Source: a virus (taxonomy: Duplodnaviria > Caudoviricetes). Taken from it: a DNA stretch of 64,000 nucleotides. This document shows positions 30,850 through 39,920 of the stretch, in pieces. The first letter of the stretch is position 1. Each line of letters starts with the position of its first letter. The notes under the pieces were generated by a model that was not told the DNA's origin, did not search any database, and saw nothing but the letters and a program-made list of their open reading frames with translations. The stretch spans positions 1 to 64,000 of IMG/VR virus record IMGVR_UViG_3300032225_001145; one strand, written 5' to 3'. A program made the translations under genes and the position numbers.

Positions 30850-31278
30850 ATGATACAACCTTTAAGAGATGATCTCATGGTCCAACAACAGTTGCCTGCG
30901 GGATTAGAAGGTCGTGTAGCGGCTTGGCAACACATGGTGGCTGTTATAATGTTGAACCAGACTGGTCGCAAGCCAGTTAAAACGGTGTTTCCTATATTCA
31001 TGCATCATTGGCCCAGTCCTGCTAGGTTTGTAAGAGCACAGGAACAAGAAGTTAAAGATGTGATCTGGAGTCTGGGCATGGTAAATGTGCGTTATAAAAG
31101 ATTGGTTGAAATGAGTTATGATTTTGGGCGATGGAACTTGGATGATGCTACCCAGCTATATGGCATCGGCAAATACGGGTCCGACAGTTACGAAATCTTT
31201 TTCAAGAACAACTATAGTGTAGAACCCACCGACAAAGAACTAAAGAGATATTTGGAAGAAGAAGTTTTTGTATCATAA
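30850..31278 (+). CDS. HhH-GPD DNA glycosylase, MBD4-like catalytic domain
   Basis: IMLNQT and LYGIGKYGSDSYEIF. Confidence 0.75.
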   Translation: MIQPLRDDLMVQQQLPAGLEGRVAAWQHMVAVIMLNQTGRKPVKTVFPIFMHHWPSPARFVRAQEQEVKDVIWSLGMVNVRYKRLVEMSYDFGRWNLDDATQLYGIGKYGSDSYEIFFKNNYSVEPTDKELKRYLEEEVFVS

Positions 31279-31290
31279 AGGAGAAACGCA

Positions 31291-31515
31291 ATGAGTAATA
31301 TAAGCATATTAGCCGCAGAGGCAATTGATCGAGCAAAAAATCTACAAGAGTTTGCTGTATTCCGCGACATGGAAGATATCGTGTTCTGTGGTACCCCACT
31401 CCCTTACACACTTAATCATGTCATGGGCGAACAAGTAGAGATCACTGTTCCGGCTATTAACCAAGAGGAAGCCGAACAACGAGTTAATATTTGGTTAAAA
31501 AGCCAACGAGATTAA
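31291..31515 (+). CDS. hypothetical protein
   Basis: AAGGAG SD, 74 aa. Confidence 0.65.
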   Translation: MSNISILAAEAIDRAKNLQEFAVFRDMEDIVFCGTPLPYTLNHVMGEQVEITVPAINQEEAEQRVNIWLKSQRD

Positions 31516-31592
31516 ATAAAACAGCGGTCTTGATGTCATTCCCGCTTTACAAACTCTGCCATCTATGCTATAATTTAACATAGGAGATTAAC
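31513..31592 (+). promoter_or_regulatory. queD leader: TAAATA, TTTACA-17-TATAAT promoter and possible pseudoknot/anti-SD hairpin
   Basis: TAAATA 31513-18; AGCGG/CCGCT stem; TTTACA 31546-51; TATAAT 31569-74; CTATG/CATAG overlapping SD. Confidence 0.55.
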
Positions 31593-32042
31593 ATGGCAAA
31601 GTATTACTCAACAAAACATTACGGACACAACATTGGATTAAGTGCGGTATTCCGTCAACCTAATGCCGATCATAGCCACTGTCACTTACTTCATGGCTAC
31701 AGCCTAGCATTCACATTTACTTTTGGTTGTGACTCATTAGACAACAAAAACTGGGCAGTAGATTTTGGTGGTCTCAAGAAACTCAAGGCTTGGTTAGAAG
31801 ATAACTTTGATCACAAACTGGCGTTGGATCAAGCGGATCCACATCTAGCCAAGTTCCAAGAATTAGAAGAATTAGGGCTAGCTGAGATTAGGATTTTTGA
31901 TGGAGTAGGCGCTGAAAAGTTTGCCGAACATGCTTTTAACTTTGCCGATACTCTAATCCGTCAAGTAAGTAATAATCGTTGTTATTGTGTAAGAGCAGAG
32001 TGTGCCGAACACGGTGCTAACTCTGCTATCTATGAGGGTTAA
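31593..32042 (+). CDS. queD: 6-carboxy-5,6,7,8-tetrahydropterin synthase
   Basis: CHLLHGY, VDFG.LK, FDH, AEKFA, terminal E..NSA.Y. Confidence 0.9.
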   Translation: MAKYYSTKHYGHNIGLSAVFRQPNADHSHCHLLHGYSLAFTFTFGCDSLDNKNWAVDFGGLKKLKAWLEDNFDHKLALDQADPHLAKFQELEELGLAEIRIFDGVGAEKFAEHAFNFADTLIRQVSNNRCYCVRAECAEHGANSAIYEG

Positions 32043-32044
32043 AT

Positions 32045-32302
32045 ATGCGTGAACAAAAAAAGATAAATGAAATATTAGATTTGCTACAAGAAGAATGTGG
32101 TGAAGTAGTGCAGATGGTTAGCAAAGCCAGACGTTTTGGATTGGAAGAAAAACGCGAAGATCTAGTAAAAGAACTAGGCGATGTATCACTTTTAATTGAA
32201 TTGTTACACGCTTATCAACTTTTTACCGAATCAGAACTACAAGAAGCTAAATTAAACAAGAGCAAAAAACTAGCTAAATGGTCCACCATCTACGAAGACT
32301 AA
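32045..32302 (+). CDS. MazG-like nucleotide pyrophosphohydrolase
   Basis: QEECGEV..KELGDV. Confidence 0.75.
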   Translation: MREQKKINEILDLLQEECGEVVQMVSKARRFGLEEKREDLVKELGDVSLLIELLHAYQLFTESELQEAKLNKSKKLAKWSTIYED

Positions 32303-32360
32303 GAAATTATTAAGTACCTATATTATCCAGTAAATAGTTCTAACTGTACAAAGGATAATA

Positions 32361-33188
32361 ATGGCAAAGTCCAAAAACGATTACAAAATAGCGGTGCTAC
32401 TTCCTACAAGAGGTAGAACTACAGCACTACAACTTAGCATTGTTAGTGTTTTCAACAGAGTGCTTGACCTAGACGATGTTCAATTATTATTAGGTTTTGA
32501 TAACGATGACGAAGTTGGATTAAAATACTTTGCTGACACTATTCAACCTTGGATGGACGAAAAAGGTATTCATTATACGGTAATGCAATTCGAGCCTATG
32601 GGTTATATTGGATTAAATCGTTATTATAACGGCTTGGCAGAGCAAGCATCAGCTGATTGGTTATTTGTTTGGAATGATGATGCTCTCATGGAAACAACTG
32701 GGTGGGACAAAATTGTCGACAAACATACAGGCGAGTTCAAACTATTAAAAATCCATGTACACAGAGAACATCCTTATTCAATTTTTCCTATCCTACCTAA
32801 AGAATGGTATGATTTATTTGGATTCATGTCTCGCCATCAAATGACTGATGCCGAGTTAAGTCAAATTGCTTATATGCTGGACTTAATGGAAATTGTGGAA
32901 ATTTATGCTACTCACGATAGACACGATTTAACTGGAAGCAATGCCGACAGTACATATAAGAATCGTGTAATGCTCGAAGGTAATCCAAACAATCCAGCAG
33001 ATTTTCATCATAATTCATTTGGCAATGCTAGATTAGTAGATGCTGAAAAAATTTCCCTTCACTTAGCATCTAAAGGTAAAGATGTTAGCTTCTGGACTAA
33101 TGTTAAATTAGGCACTCAAGATCCTTTTGAAAAAATGAAAAAGAACGATATCAATAAACAAATGGTACATAGCGTATGGCAAAAATAA
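32361..33188 (+). CDS. GT-A (GT2-like) glycosyltransferase
   Basis: VLLPTRGR, FDNDD, WNDDA. Confidence 0.8.
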   Translation: MAKSKNDYKIAVLLPTRGRTTALQLSIVSVFNRVLDLDDVQLLLGFDNDDEVGLKYFADTIQPWMDEKGIHYTVMQFEPMGYIGLNRYYNGLAEQASADWLFVWNDDALMETTGWDKIVDKHTGEFKLLKIHVHREHPYSIFPILPKEWYDLFGFMSRHQMTDAELSQIAYMLDLMEIVEIYATHDRHDLTGSNADSTYKNRVMLEGNPNNPADFHHNSFGNARLVDAEKISLHLASKGKDVSFWTNVKLGTQDPFEKMKKNDINKQMVHSVWQK

Positions 33189-34405
33189 CTGAAAGCACAC
33201 ATTTAGATCGTTGTTTAATTACAGGCGAGTTTGTCACAAAAATTTTAGATTTTGGACAGCATGCCTATGCTGATACCTTTATTGCCGAAGATCAAGTTCA
33301 TATGTCTGAACCTGTATTTCCGTTACAATTATTATTAAATCCTAGCTCAGGTCAAATACAATTAGGTTATGTTAGTGATGCCGAAGATCGTTATAACTTG
33401 TACAGTTATAGTTATACATCTTCTAATTCGCAAACAGCTAGACACCACTGGGACGAATATGCTAACACTATCAAAAACAAATACAACACCAGAGGGTTGG
33501 TAGTAGAAATTGGTAGTAATGATGCTTATCTAATTAAACAGTTTCAAGATAAAGATACTACTGTATTGGGCATTGATTCATCACAAACTATGTGTGACAT
33601 TGCCAAAGAGAAAGGTGTTGAATCTTTGGCCGCATTATTCAATATCGATACGGCTGTTGAAGTAGCAGAAGAACACGGCAAAGCCGCAGTCATCATAGCT
33701 AACAATGTATTCAACCATGCTAACGATCCTGTTAATTTTGCGTCAGGTGTTGCTCAATTATTGGATAAAGATGGTATCTTTGTTTTTGAATTACCTTATT
33801 GGGCTAGCATGATTGACAGCGGACGATTTGTTGATATGGTATACCACGAACATATTTCTTACTTTACTATCAAGAGTGCTTGGAATCTATTACAACAAGT
33901 TGGACTGGACATTGTAGATTTTGATATTGTTGACTATCACGGTGGTAGTATTAGAGTAGTTGCTAAACATACTAGTAATAATGGCATGCCATTTTTAGTG
34001 CGCGGTGCTATCGAAAATGAAACTGTTATGGGGTTATTTGATCCCGAGTTTTACGCTCAACTACAAGAGAAATTCATCAAACAGCGCAACGAGTGGTTAC
34101 TTAAATTTTATCAACTTTTAGCGGAGGAGCCCGATGCTGTTATTATTGGGGTAGGAGCAGCTGCCAAAGCTAATACTTGGTTGACTTGGCACAAATTAGA
34201 TAAGACAGTATTAAATTGTATTACTGATGCTAGCCAATTTAAACAAGGAAAATATACTCCACTAAGTCGTATTCCTATTCGTAGTGATGATGAATTTGCT
34301 CGACACGAAAAACCATACGCACTAGTATTAAGCTGGAATATAGGCGAGCCATTAAGACAAGCTCTACTAAGCATTAACCCTAACACAAGGTTTATTTCAC
34401 AATGA
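33176..34405 (+). CDS. NDP-hexose C-methyltransferase
   Basis: EIGSND, ANNVFNH, YHEHISYF, HGGSIR, GAAAKA, KQGKYTP, LSWN. Confidence 0.85.
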   Translation: MAKITESTHLDRCLITGEFVTKILDFGQHAYADTFIAEDQVHMSEPVFPLQLLLNPSSGQIQLGYVSDAEDRYNLYSYSYTSSNSQTARHHWDEYANTIKNKYNTRGLVVEIGSNDAYLIKQFQDKDTTVLGIDSSQTMCDIAKEKGVESLAALFNIDTAVEVAEEHGKAAVIIANNVFNHANDPVNFASGVAQLLDKDGIFVFELPYWASMIDSGRFVDMVYHEHISYFTIKSAWNLLQQVGLDIVDFDIVDYHGGSIRVVAKHTSNNGMPFLVRGAIENETVMGLFDPEFYAQLQEKFIKQRNEWLLKFYQLLAEEPDAVIIGVGAAAKANTWLTWHKLDKTVLNCITDASQFKQGKYTPLSRIPIRSDDEFARHEKPYALVLSWNIGEPLRQALLSINPNTRFISQ

Positions 34406-34815
34406 AACATTATAACATTTACGATAACAAAGAAGAAGGCTTGGGTAAGTTTTCCGATGACCGCGGTTCTATCACTGACATTTTTTATAAATCAAATATG
34501 AATCATGCTTGTATTATTACTAATGCCGCAGGCGCTGTACGTGGTAATCACTATCATAAATTTACTACACAATATACCTATGTACTAGCAGGATCATTAA
34601 ACTACTATTCTAAGCCAGTTGATGGCGATCAGCCAGCTGATGTTTATACCGCTGTACCAGGAGATATGATTATCAGTGCTCCTAATGAAATCCATACATT
34701 AGAATCAGGCGATGACGGTAGTGTCTTTTTGGCATTTGCCGAAGGCCCGCGCGGTGGCGAAGACTACGAGAATGATACATTCCGCGTAGATTCTATTATT
34801 CCAGCACATGACTAA
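34402..34815 (+). CDS. cupin, NDP-sugar isomerase/epimerase-like
   Basis: DDRGS, RGNHYH, EIH. Confidence 0.75.
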   Translation: MKHYNIYDNKEEGLGKFSDDRGSITDIFYKSNMNHACIITNAAGAVRGNHYHKFTTQYTYVLAGSLNYYSKPVDGDQPADVYTAVPGDMIISAPNEIHTLESGDDGSVFLAFAEGPRGGEDYENDTFRVDSIIPAHD

Positions 34816-35407
34816 AAGGGTAGTTATATTCGGCGCTTCGGGCGGTATAGGCTCTGCTACTTGCGAAGCATTTAAGAATGCCGGATATATTGTTACTCCT
34901 ATTGCTGGCAGACAAATTAATTTTGTTTATTTGGCTAGCCATTCTGATGTGGATGATGTGCTAGAACAAGTAGAACCAGACATTATTGTAAATTGTGTTG
35001 GTCATTTTGACAAGACTAATAAAGAAACTCATTGTAATACATTTGATATTAATGTTGGGTCTAACTGGTCAATTATTCGACATTATATTAATAAAGAAGG
35101 TAGCAACAAACCTATAAAAATTATTATGGTAGGATCAAGCGCATATAAGTCTGGGCGTAAAGATTATATTTTATACGCCGCCAGTAAAGCAGCACTATAT
35201 AATGTATGGCAAGGTGCCTGCGAATACTTTAAAGACAGTAATATTACTTTAGGGTTGATTAATCCAGTAAGAACTCGCACCAAAATGATTGATATCAAAA
35301 CTTCAGCTATATGTTTAGAACCTGAAGATGTAGCAAAAGAAATATTAAGTATGGCATCAAACAAGAGTAATCAACTTGTTGATATGGACTATCCAGAGGA
35401 GAATTAA
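34808..35407 (+). CDS. short-chain dehydrogenase/reductase
   Basis: GASGGIG and YAASK. Confidence 0.85.
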   Translation: MTKRVVIFGASGGIGSATCEAFKNAGYIVTPIAGRQINFVYLASHSDVDDVLEQVEPDIIVNCVGHFDKTNKETHCNTFDINVGSNWSIIRHYINKEGSNKPIKIIMVGSSAYKSGRKDYILYAASKAALYNVWQGACEYFKDSNITLGLINPVRTRTKMIDIKTSAICLEPEDVAKEILSMASNKSNQLVDMDYPEEN

Positions 35408-36181
35408 ATGAAGATTGGGTTAATAGGAAAAGGTACTGTAGGTAAAGCAGTTTACGAAGGTTTGAACCATTTGGGTCACCAAATGAGTTTCTTTGATCCA
35501 GCATACGAAGGATCAACATTACAAGATGTATTAGACACAGAATGCGTTTTTATCTGTGTTCCAACTAATCAAGCATCAAATGGTGATTGCGACACAAGTA
35601 TCGTAGAAAAAGTAGTTGGTGAATTAAATGACGCTGGTTACAAAGGTCTAGTTGGTCTTAAAAGTACTTGTGTTCCAGGTACTTGCGATAAACTATCAGC
35701 GCAATACCCTAGCTTACGTATCTGTTCAGTTCCAGAATTCCTCCGTGCTAAAACAGCACTAGCCGACTTTATGTATAATCATGATTTGTTAGTAATTGGT
35801 AGTAATCGTGATGAGGATTTCATTATTGTTAAAGCTATACACGGTAAATTACCGCAAAATGTTGCTTGTGTCAAACCAGCAGAAGCAGAAGTAATTAAAT
35901 ATTTTAACAATGTAAATCATTCTGTACAGATTATTTTTGCTAATATAGCATATGATGTATGTAAGGCATTGGGAGTAGATTATAACAATGTCTACGAAGC
36001 AATTATCAAACGTGAATGTTTCAATCCAGCATATTTGATGTGCAATGATAATCTGCGTGGATTTGGCGGACATTGTTTGCCTAAGGACACAAGTGCTTGG
36101 GCTAATTTGGTCAAGAATTTAGGTTTAAATTATTCTATGATTGATGCTGTACAAGAAGATAATAAAGGTTTGTCTAAATGA
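35408..36181 (+). CDS. UDP-glucose/GDP-mannose dehydrogenase family protein
   Basis: GKGTVG, ICVPT, KST, PEFL, GFGGHCLPKD. Confidence 0.9.
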   Translation: MKIGLIGKGTVGKAVYEGLNHLGHQMSFFDPAYEGSTLQDVLDTECVFICVPTNQASNGDCDTSIVEKVVGELNDAGYKGLVGLKSTCVPGTCDKLSAQYPSLRICSVPEFLRAKTALADFMYNHDLLVIGSNRDEDFIIVKAIHGKLPQNVACVKPAEAEVIKYFNNVNHSVQIIFANIAYDVCKALGVDYNNVYEAIIKRECFNPAYLMCNDNLRGFGGHCLPKDTSAWANLVKNLGLNYSMIDAVQEDNKGLSK

Positions 36182-37077
36182 GTAAAATACTTGTAACAGG
36201 TGCTAGTGGATTATTAGGTACAGAATTTTGCCGTCAGCTTAAAGAAGCTGGGCATGAAGTTTGGGCTGTAGATAATCATAGTCGTAGTACATCAATTCCG
36301 CCATGTGATCAATGGGTTAAGATGGACTTACTAAACAATGGTGCTTTTACAGGATATGTAGAATTGCCTACAGATTTTGATTATATCTATCACTATGGAG
36401 CTATCAATGGTACAACAAACTTCTATAAGATGCCTAACAAGGTATTGACGAATAACTTTATTTCTGACATTAACATTTTTGAGTTTGCTCGAAAATGCCC
36501 TAATCTCAAGCGTATTGTGTATGCGTCGAGTAGTGAAATTGTATCTGATGATCCTATGTCACCAGTTCCAGAAAACGCAGACGTGTTTATTAAAGATATT
36601 CATAACGCTCGCTGGAGTTATCGTTTGGCTAAGATTACCAGTGAAAACTATTTGGCTAATTCAGACTTACCTTATGTTATGATTCGTTACTTTAATGTTT
36701 ACGGCGAAAACTCAAAGCAAGGCCACTTCTTAGGTGATCAAATCAATAAGATTAAAAATGGTACCTTCTCTGTAATTGGAGCACAAGAAACCCGTTCATT
36801 TTGTCATGTTAGCGATGCTATTCGTGCTAGCATCTATGTAGCCGAAAATTGTAATCGTGAATTGGTTAACGTCGGAAATGATCGCGAAATATCAATTGGC
36901 GATGCTGTTAAAGTTATTGCCGCAGTAATGGGTCATCCAGATGCCGAATTTGAACAATTACCTAGCATGCCTGGTTCTGTGGCTAATCGTCGTCCAGACA
37001 TTAGCAAATTGCGTTCCATTATGCCCGACTATACTCCTATGAGTTTTGAAGAAGGTATTCGGCAAATCCTAAGTTGA
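36178..37077 (+). CDS. NAD-dependent epimerase/dehydratase (UDP-uronate decarboxylase-like)
   Basis: TGASGLLG, ASSSE, YRLAK, RYFNVYG, TRSFCHVSD. Confidence 0.88.
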   Translation: MSKILVTGASGLLGTEFCRQLKEAGHEVWAVDNHSRSTSIPPCDQWVKMDLLNNGAFTGYVELPTDFDYIYHYGAINGTTNFYKMPNKVLTNNFISDINIFEFARKCPNLKRIVYASSSEIVSDDPMSPVPENADVFIKDIHNARWSYRLAKITSENYLANSDLPYVMIRYFNVYGENSKQGHFLGDQINKIKNGTFSVIGAQETRSFCHVSDAIRASIYVAENCNRELVNVGNDREISIGDAVKVIAAVMGHPDAEFEQLPSMPGSVANRRPDISKLRSIMPDYTPMSFEEGIRQILS

Positions 37078-37102
37078 CAAATTTCCTTAGATAGTATATA
37101 AT
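37074..37102 (+). promoter_or_regulatory. sigma70-type promoter for the PRTase-queE genes
   Basis: TTGACA-17-TATAAT. Confidence 0.75.
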
Positions 37103-37131
37103 ATCTAAATATACTACTCTATAGGAACACA

Positions 37132-37653
37132 ATGAAAAAAGTATTTTTAACTTGGCAGGATGTTGAAGGTTATTGCCAAGAAATCTTGCGTCAAATTCAA
37201 CAAGATGGTTGGCTCCCAGATTATGTAGTTGGACTTACCCGCGGTGGATTGGTGCCAGCCAATCTTATTAGCCAATATTTAAATATCCCAATGGAAACTC
37301 TTAAAGTAAGCCTGCGGGATGACAGTAGCCAACCCGAAAGTAACTTATGGATGGCCGAAGATGCGTTTGGTGATAATGAAAATGGCGGCAAGAAAATTCT
37401 TATTGTCGATGATATCAATGATACTGGCGCCACACTAAATTATATTAAACAAGATTGGCAAAGTAGTTGTTTATCAACTGACGAACGATGGTTGACTGAC
37501 ATTTGGGGTAATAATGTTCGTGTAGCAGTATTATATGATAACGAAGCAAGTAAATCAGAGCTTGACATTTCTTATTCTAGTGTTACAATAAACAAAGCAG
37601 AAGAAGATCAATGGATCGTCTTTCCATGGGAAAATTGGTGGAGCAATAAATGA
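37132..37653 (+). CDS. purine phosphoribosyltransferase (Gpt-like)
   Basis: TRGGLVPA, ILIVDDINDTGAT, WIVFPWE. Confidence 0.88.
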   Translation: MKKVFLTWQDVEGYCQEILRQIQQDGWLPDYVVGLTRGGLVPANLISQYLNIPMETLKVSLRDDSSQPESNLWMAEDAFGDNENGGKKILIVDDINDTGATLNYIKQDWQSSCLSTDERWLTDIWGNNVRVAVLYDNEASKSELDISYSSVTINKAEEDQWIVFPWENWWSNK

Positions 37654-38504
37654 GCAAATTAAAAATAGCAGAACTATTTTATAGTATTCAAGGTGAAGGT
37701 CGCTATATGGGCGTACCTAGTGTTTTCTTACGCACATTCGGTTGTAATTTTAAATGTGCTGGATTTGGTATGCCTAAAGGACAATTAAGTACAGAAGTAG
37801 AAGATATTGCTGAAGTTGTTCATTTGTATAACAAATATGAAGAATTACCACTTGTTAGTACAGGGTGTGATAGTTATGCAAGTTGGGATCCACGCTTTAA
37901 AGATCTAAGTCCATTATTGGAAACAGATCTTATTGCTGAACGAATTATGGAAATACTTCCATTCGGCCAATGGTGTACTGAACACTTAGTTATCACAGGC
38001 GGCGAGCCATTGCTAGGTTGGCAGCGAGCTTATCCAGACTTATTGAAACATCCGCTTATGTTAAATTTGCGTGAGATTACTTTTGAAACAAATGGTACTC
38101 AAAAATTAACAGCAGAGTTTAAAAACTTTTTAATTAACTGGCAATTAGACGGAGCAGGTAAACCTAGACAAGTTACATTCTCTGTCAGTGCTAAGTTAAG
38201 TTGTTCAGGCGAGTTGCGTGAAGATGCTATTAAGCCTGAAGTTGTTTGTGACTACCAAGATGTAGGTTACACTTATTTAAAATTTGTAGTAGCCACAGAG
38301 GAAGATGCCGAAGAAGCATTAACTGTAACACAACTTTATCAAACAGCTGGATTTAAAGGCCCAGTATACTTAATGCCAGTCGGTGGAGTAGAAAGTGTAT
38401 ATGCCTTAAATAATCGACGAGTAGCTGAGTTAGCTATGGCAAATGGATTACGATATAGTGATAGACTACAAGTGCCATTGTTTAAAAATGAATGGGGTAC
38501 TTAA
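37650..38504 (+). CDS. queE: 7-carboxy-7-deazaguanine synthase (radical SAM)
   Basis: ELFYSIQGEG, FLRTFGCNFKC..CDS, TGGEPL, ETNGT. Confidence 0.9.
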   Translation: MSKLKIAELFYSIQGEGRYMGVPSVFLRTFGCNFKCAGFGMPKGQLSTEVEDIAEVVHLYNKYEELPLVSTGCDSYASWDPRFKDLSPLLETDLIAERIMEILPFGQWCTEHLVITGGEPLLGWQRAYPDLLKHPLMLNLREITFETNGTQKLTAEFKNFLINWQLDGAGKPRQVTFSVSAKLSCSGELREDAIKPEVVCDYQDVGYTYLKFVVATEEDAEEALTVTQLYQTAGFKGPVYLMPVGGVESVYALNNRRVAELAMANGLRYSDRLQVPLFKNEWGT

Positions 38505-38505
38505 T

Positions 38506-38877
38506 ATGTTAGAAAAATTAAAAGGTTTGTTTAAAAAGAAAAAGATTGCATCAGTAGCACAAGAGCAAACTAAATCAGCTAAACAAATTGCTACTGATAA
38601 AGGCGAGGCATATTTTGCGGTATTAAGCATGGAACTTGATCCTAATGATATCAATAATGGCGCATTTGAATTTGATTGGAACGACAAGATGATTGCTGAT
38701 TTAGTACGGCATGGTTATATGATGAATCCTAAAGATACCGATGCTGATATTATTGACCGTTGGTTTACAGCAGTATGTCGTAATGTAGTATTAGAAACAG
38801 CAGAACAATACGAAGCTATGAACAATCGTGTAGTTAAAACTCGCGATGTAGGCGATGGCAGGAGTGAAGTAAGTTGA
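38506..38877 (+). CDS. hypothetical protein
   Basis: Start moved to ATG 38506 after the queE stop. Confidence 0.65.
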   Translation: MLEKLKGLFKKKKIASVAQEQTKSAKQIATDKGEAYFAVLSMELDPNDINNGAFEFDWNDKMIADLVRHGYMMNPKDTDADIIDRWFTAVCRNVVLETAEQYEAMNNRVVKTRDVGDGRSEVS

Positions 38878-39350
38878 TTTTTAATCACATACGCAGATTA
38901 ACAGACGAAGGGAAAAAAATTGGTATCACTTTTTCGACGTTTGACATGTTGCACGCAGGACATATTGCTATGTTGTCCGAAGCAAAAAATCATTGTGATT
39001 ATTTAATCTGCGGATTACAAACAGATCCTACTATTGATCGTCCCGATACTAAAAACAAACCTGTACAAAGTATTGTAGAACGACAAATCCAATTAGCCGC
39101 TTGTCGTTATGTAGACGAAGTAGTAGTTTACCAAACTGAACAAGACTTAATTGACTTGTTATTAATACTACCTATTGATATTCGTGTACTAGGCATTGAA
39201 TACGAGGACAAAGAATTTACTGGAAAAAACGAATGTTATCGTCGTGATATTGAATGTATATTCAACGGCCGTGACCATAGTTTCAGTTCCAGTAGTCTTC
39301 GCAAACGAGTAGCAGAAGCAGAAACTATCAAGGCGTTAAAACAAAAATGA
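38874..39350 (+). CDS. cytidylyltransferase (TagD-like)
   Basis: TFDMLHAGH, SSSSLR. Confidence 0.85.
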   Translation: MIFNHIRRLTDEGKKIGITFSTFDMLHAGHIAMLSEAKNHCDYLICGLQTDPTIDRPDTKNKPVQSIVERQIQLAACRYVDEVVVYQTEQDLIDLLLILPIDIRVLGIEYEDKEFTGKNECYRRDIECIFNGRDHSFSSSSLRKRVAEAETIKALKQK

Positions 39351-39889
39351 TGCTATATGTAAACGGTGATAGCCATACCACTGCCGCCGAAGCAGTTAAT
39401 CAATTTATTGTAGCTGGCGAAGATCAAAAGTTTTTACATTTAGGACCCTTGCCACATCCTGAAAACTTAGCAGTAAGTTGGGGGAAAATGCTGAGCTTAT
39501 CGCTTAGAGTAGCATTTCATTGTGCTGCTTATTCAAATAATACCGTAGATAAAATAATAGAAGATACAAAAAAATATATTGAAGAAAAAGGTTCTGCTGA
39601 TTTAGTAATTATACAATGGCCAGCTACCGCCCAAGACGAAGATATAATTTTTCAATTTCACCAAGAGTTACTAGATCAAAATATCAAACATATATTTTTT
39701 ACCAATACTCAAACTTTTAGCTTAGATCGGGATTGGAGTAATTGTTTTATTAGAGTTCCATACGAAAATTATATCAAAGATGAAAAAATTGATACTATTT
39801 CACCAAATTCCAAACATTTTGGCAAAGACGGACATGCTGTTTGGAACCGTTTACTTATAAATTATATCATTGCCCACAAATTCATTTGA
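39347..39889 (+). CDS. SGNH-hydrolase-like protein
   Basis: NGDSH at N-terminus, HF..GH near C-terminus. Confidence 0.55.
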   Translation: MMLYVNGDSHTTAAEAVNQFIVAGEDQKFLHLGPLPHPENLAVSWGKMLSLSLRVAFHCAAYSNNTVDKIIEDTKKYIEEKGSADLVIIQWPATAQDEDIIFQFHQELLDQNIKHIFFTNTQTFSLDRDWSNCFIRVPYENYIKDEKIDTISPNSKHFGKDGHAVWNRLLINYIIAHKFI

Positions 39890-39914
39890 CATTTAATACA
39901 ATTCCTGCTATACT
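39886..39914 (+). promoter_or_regulatory. sigma70-type promoter, likely leaderless transcript
   Basis: TTGACA-17-TATACT, ATG 6 nt downstream, no SD. Confidence 0.7.
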
Positions 39915-39920
39915 GTTTGT

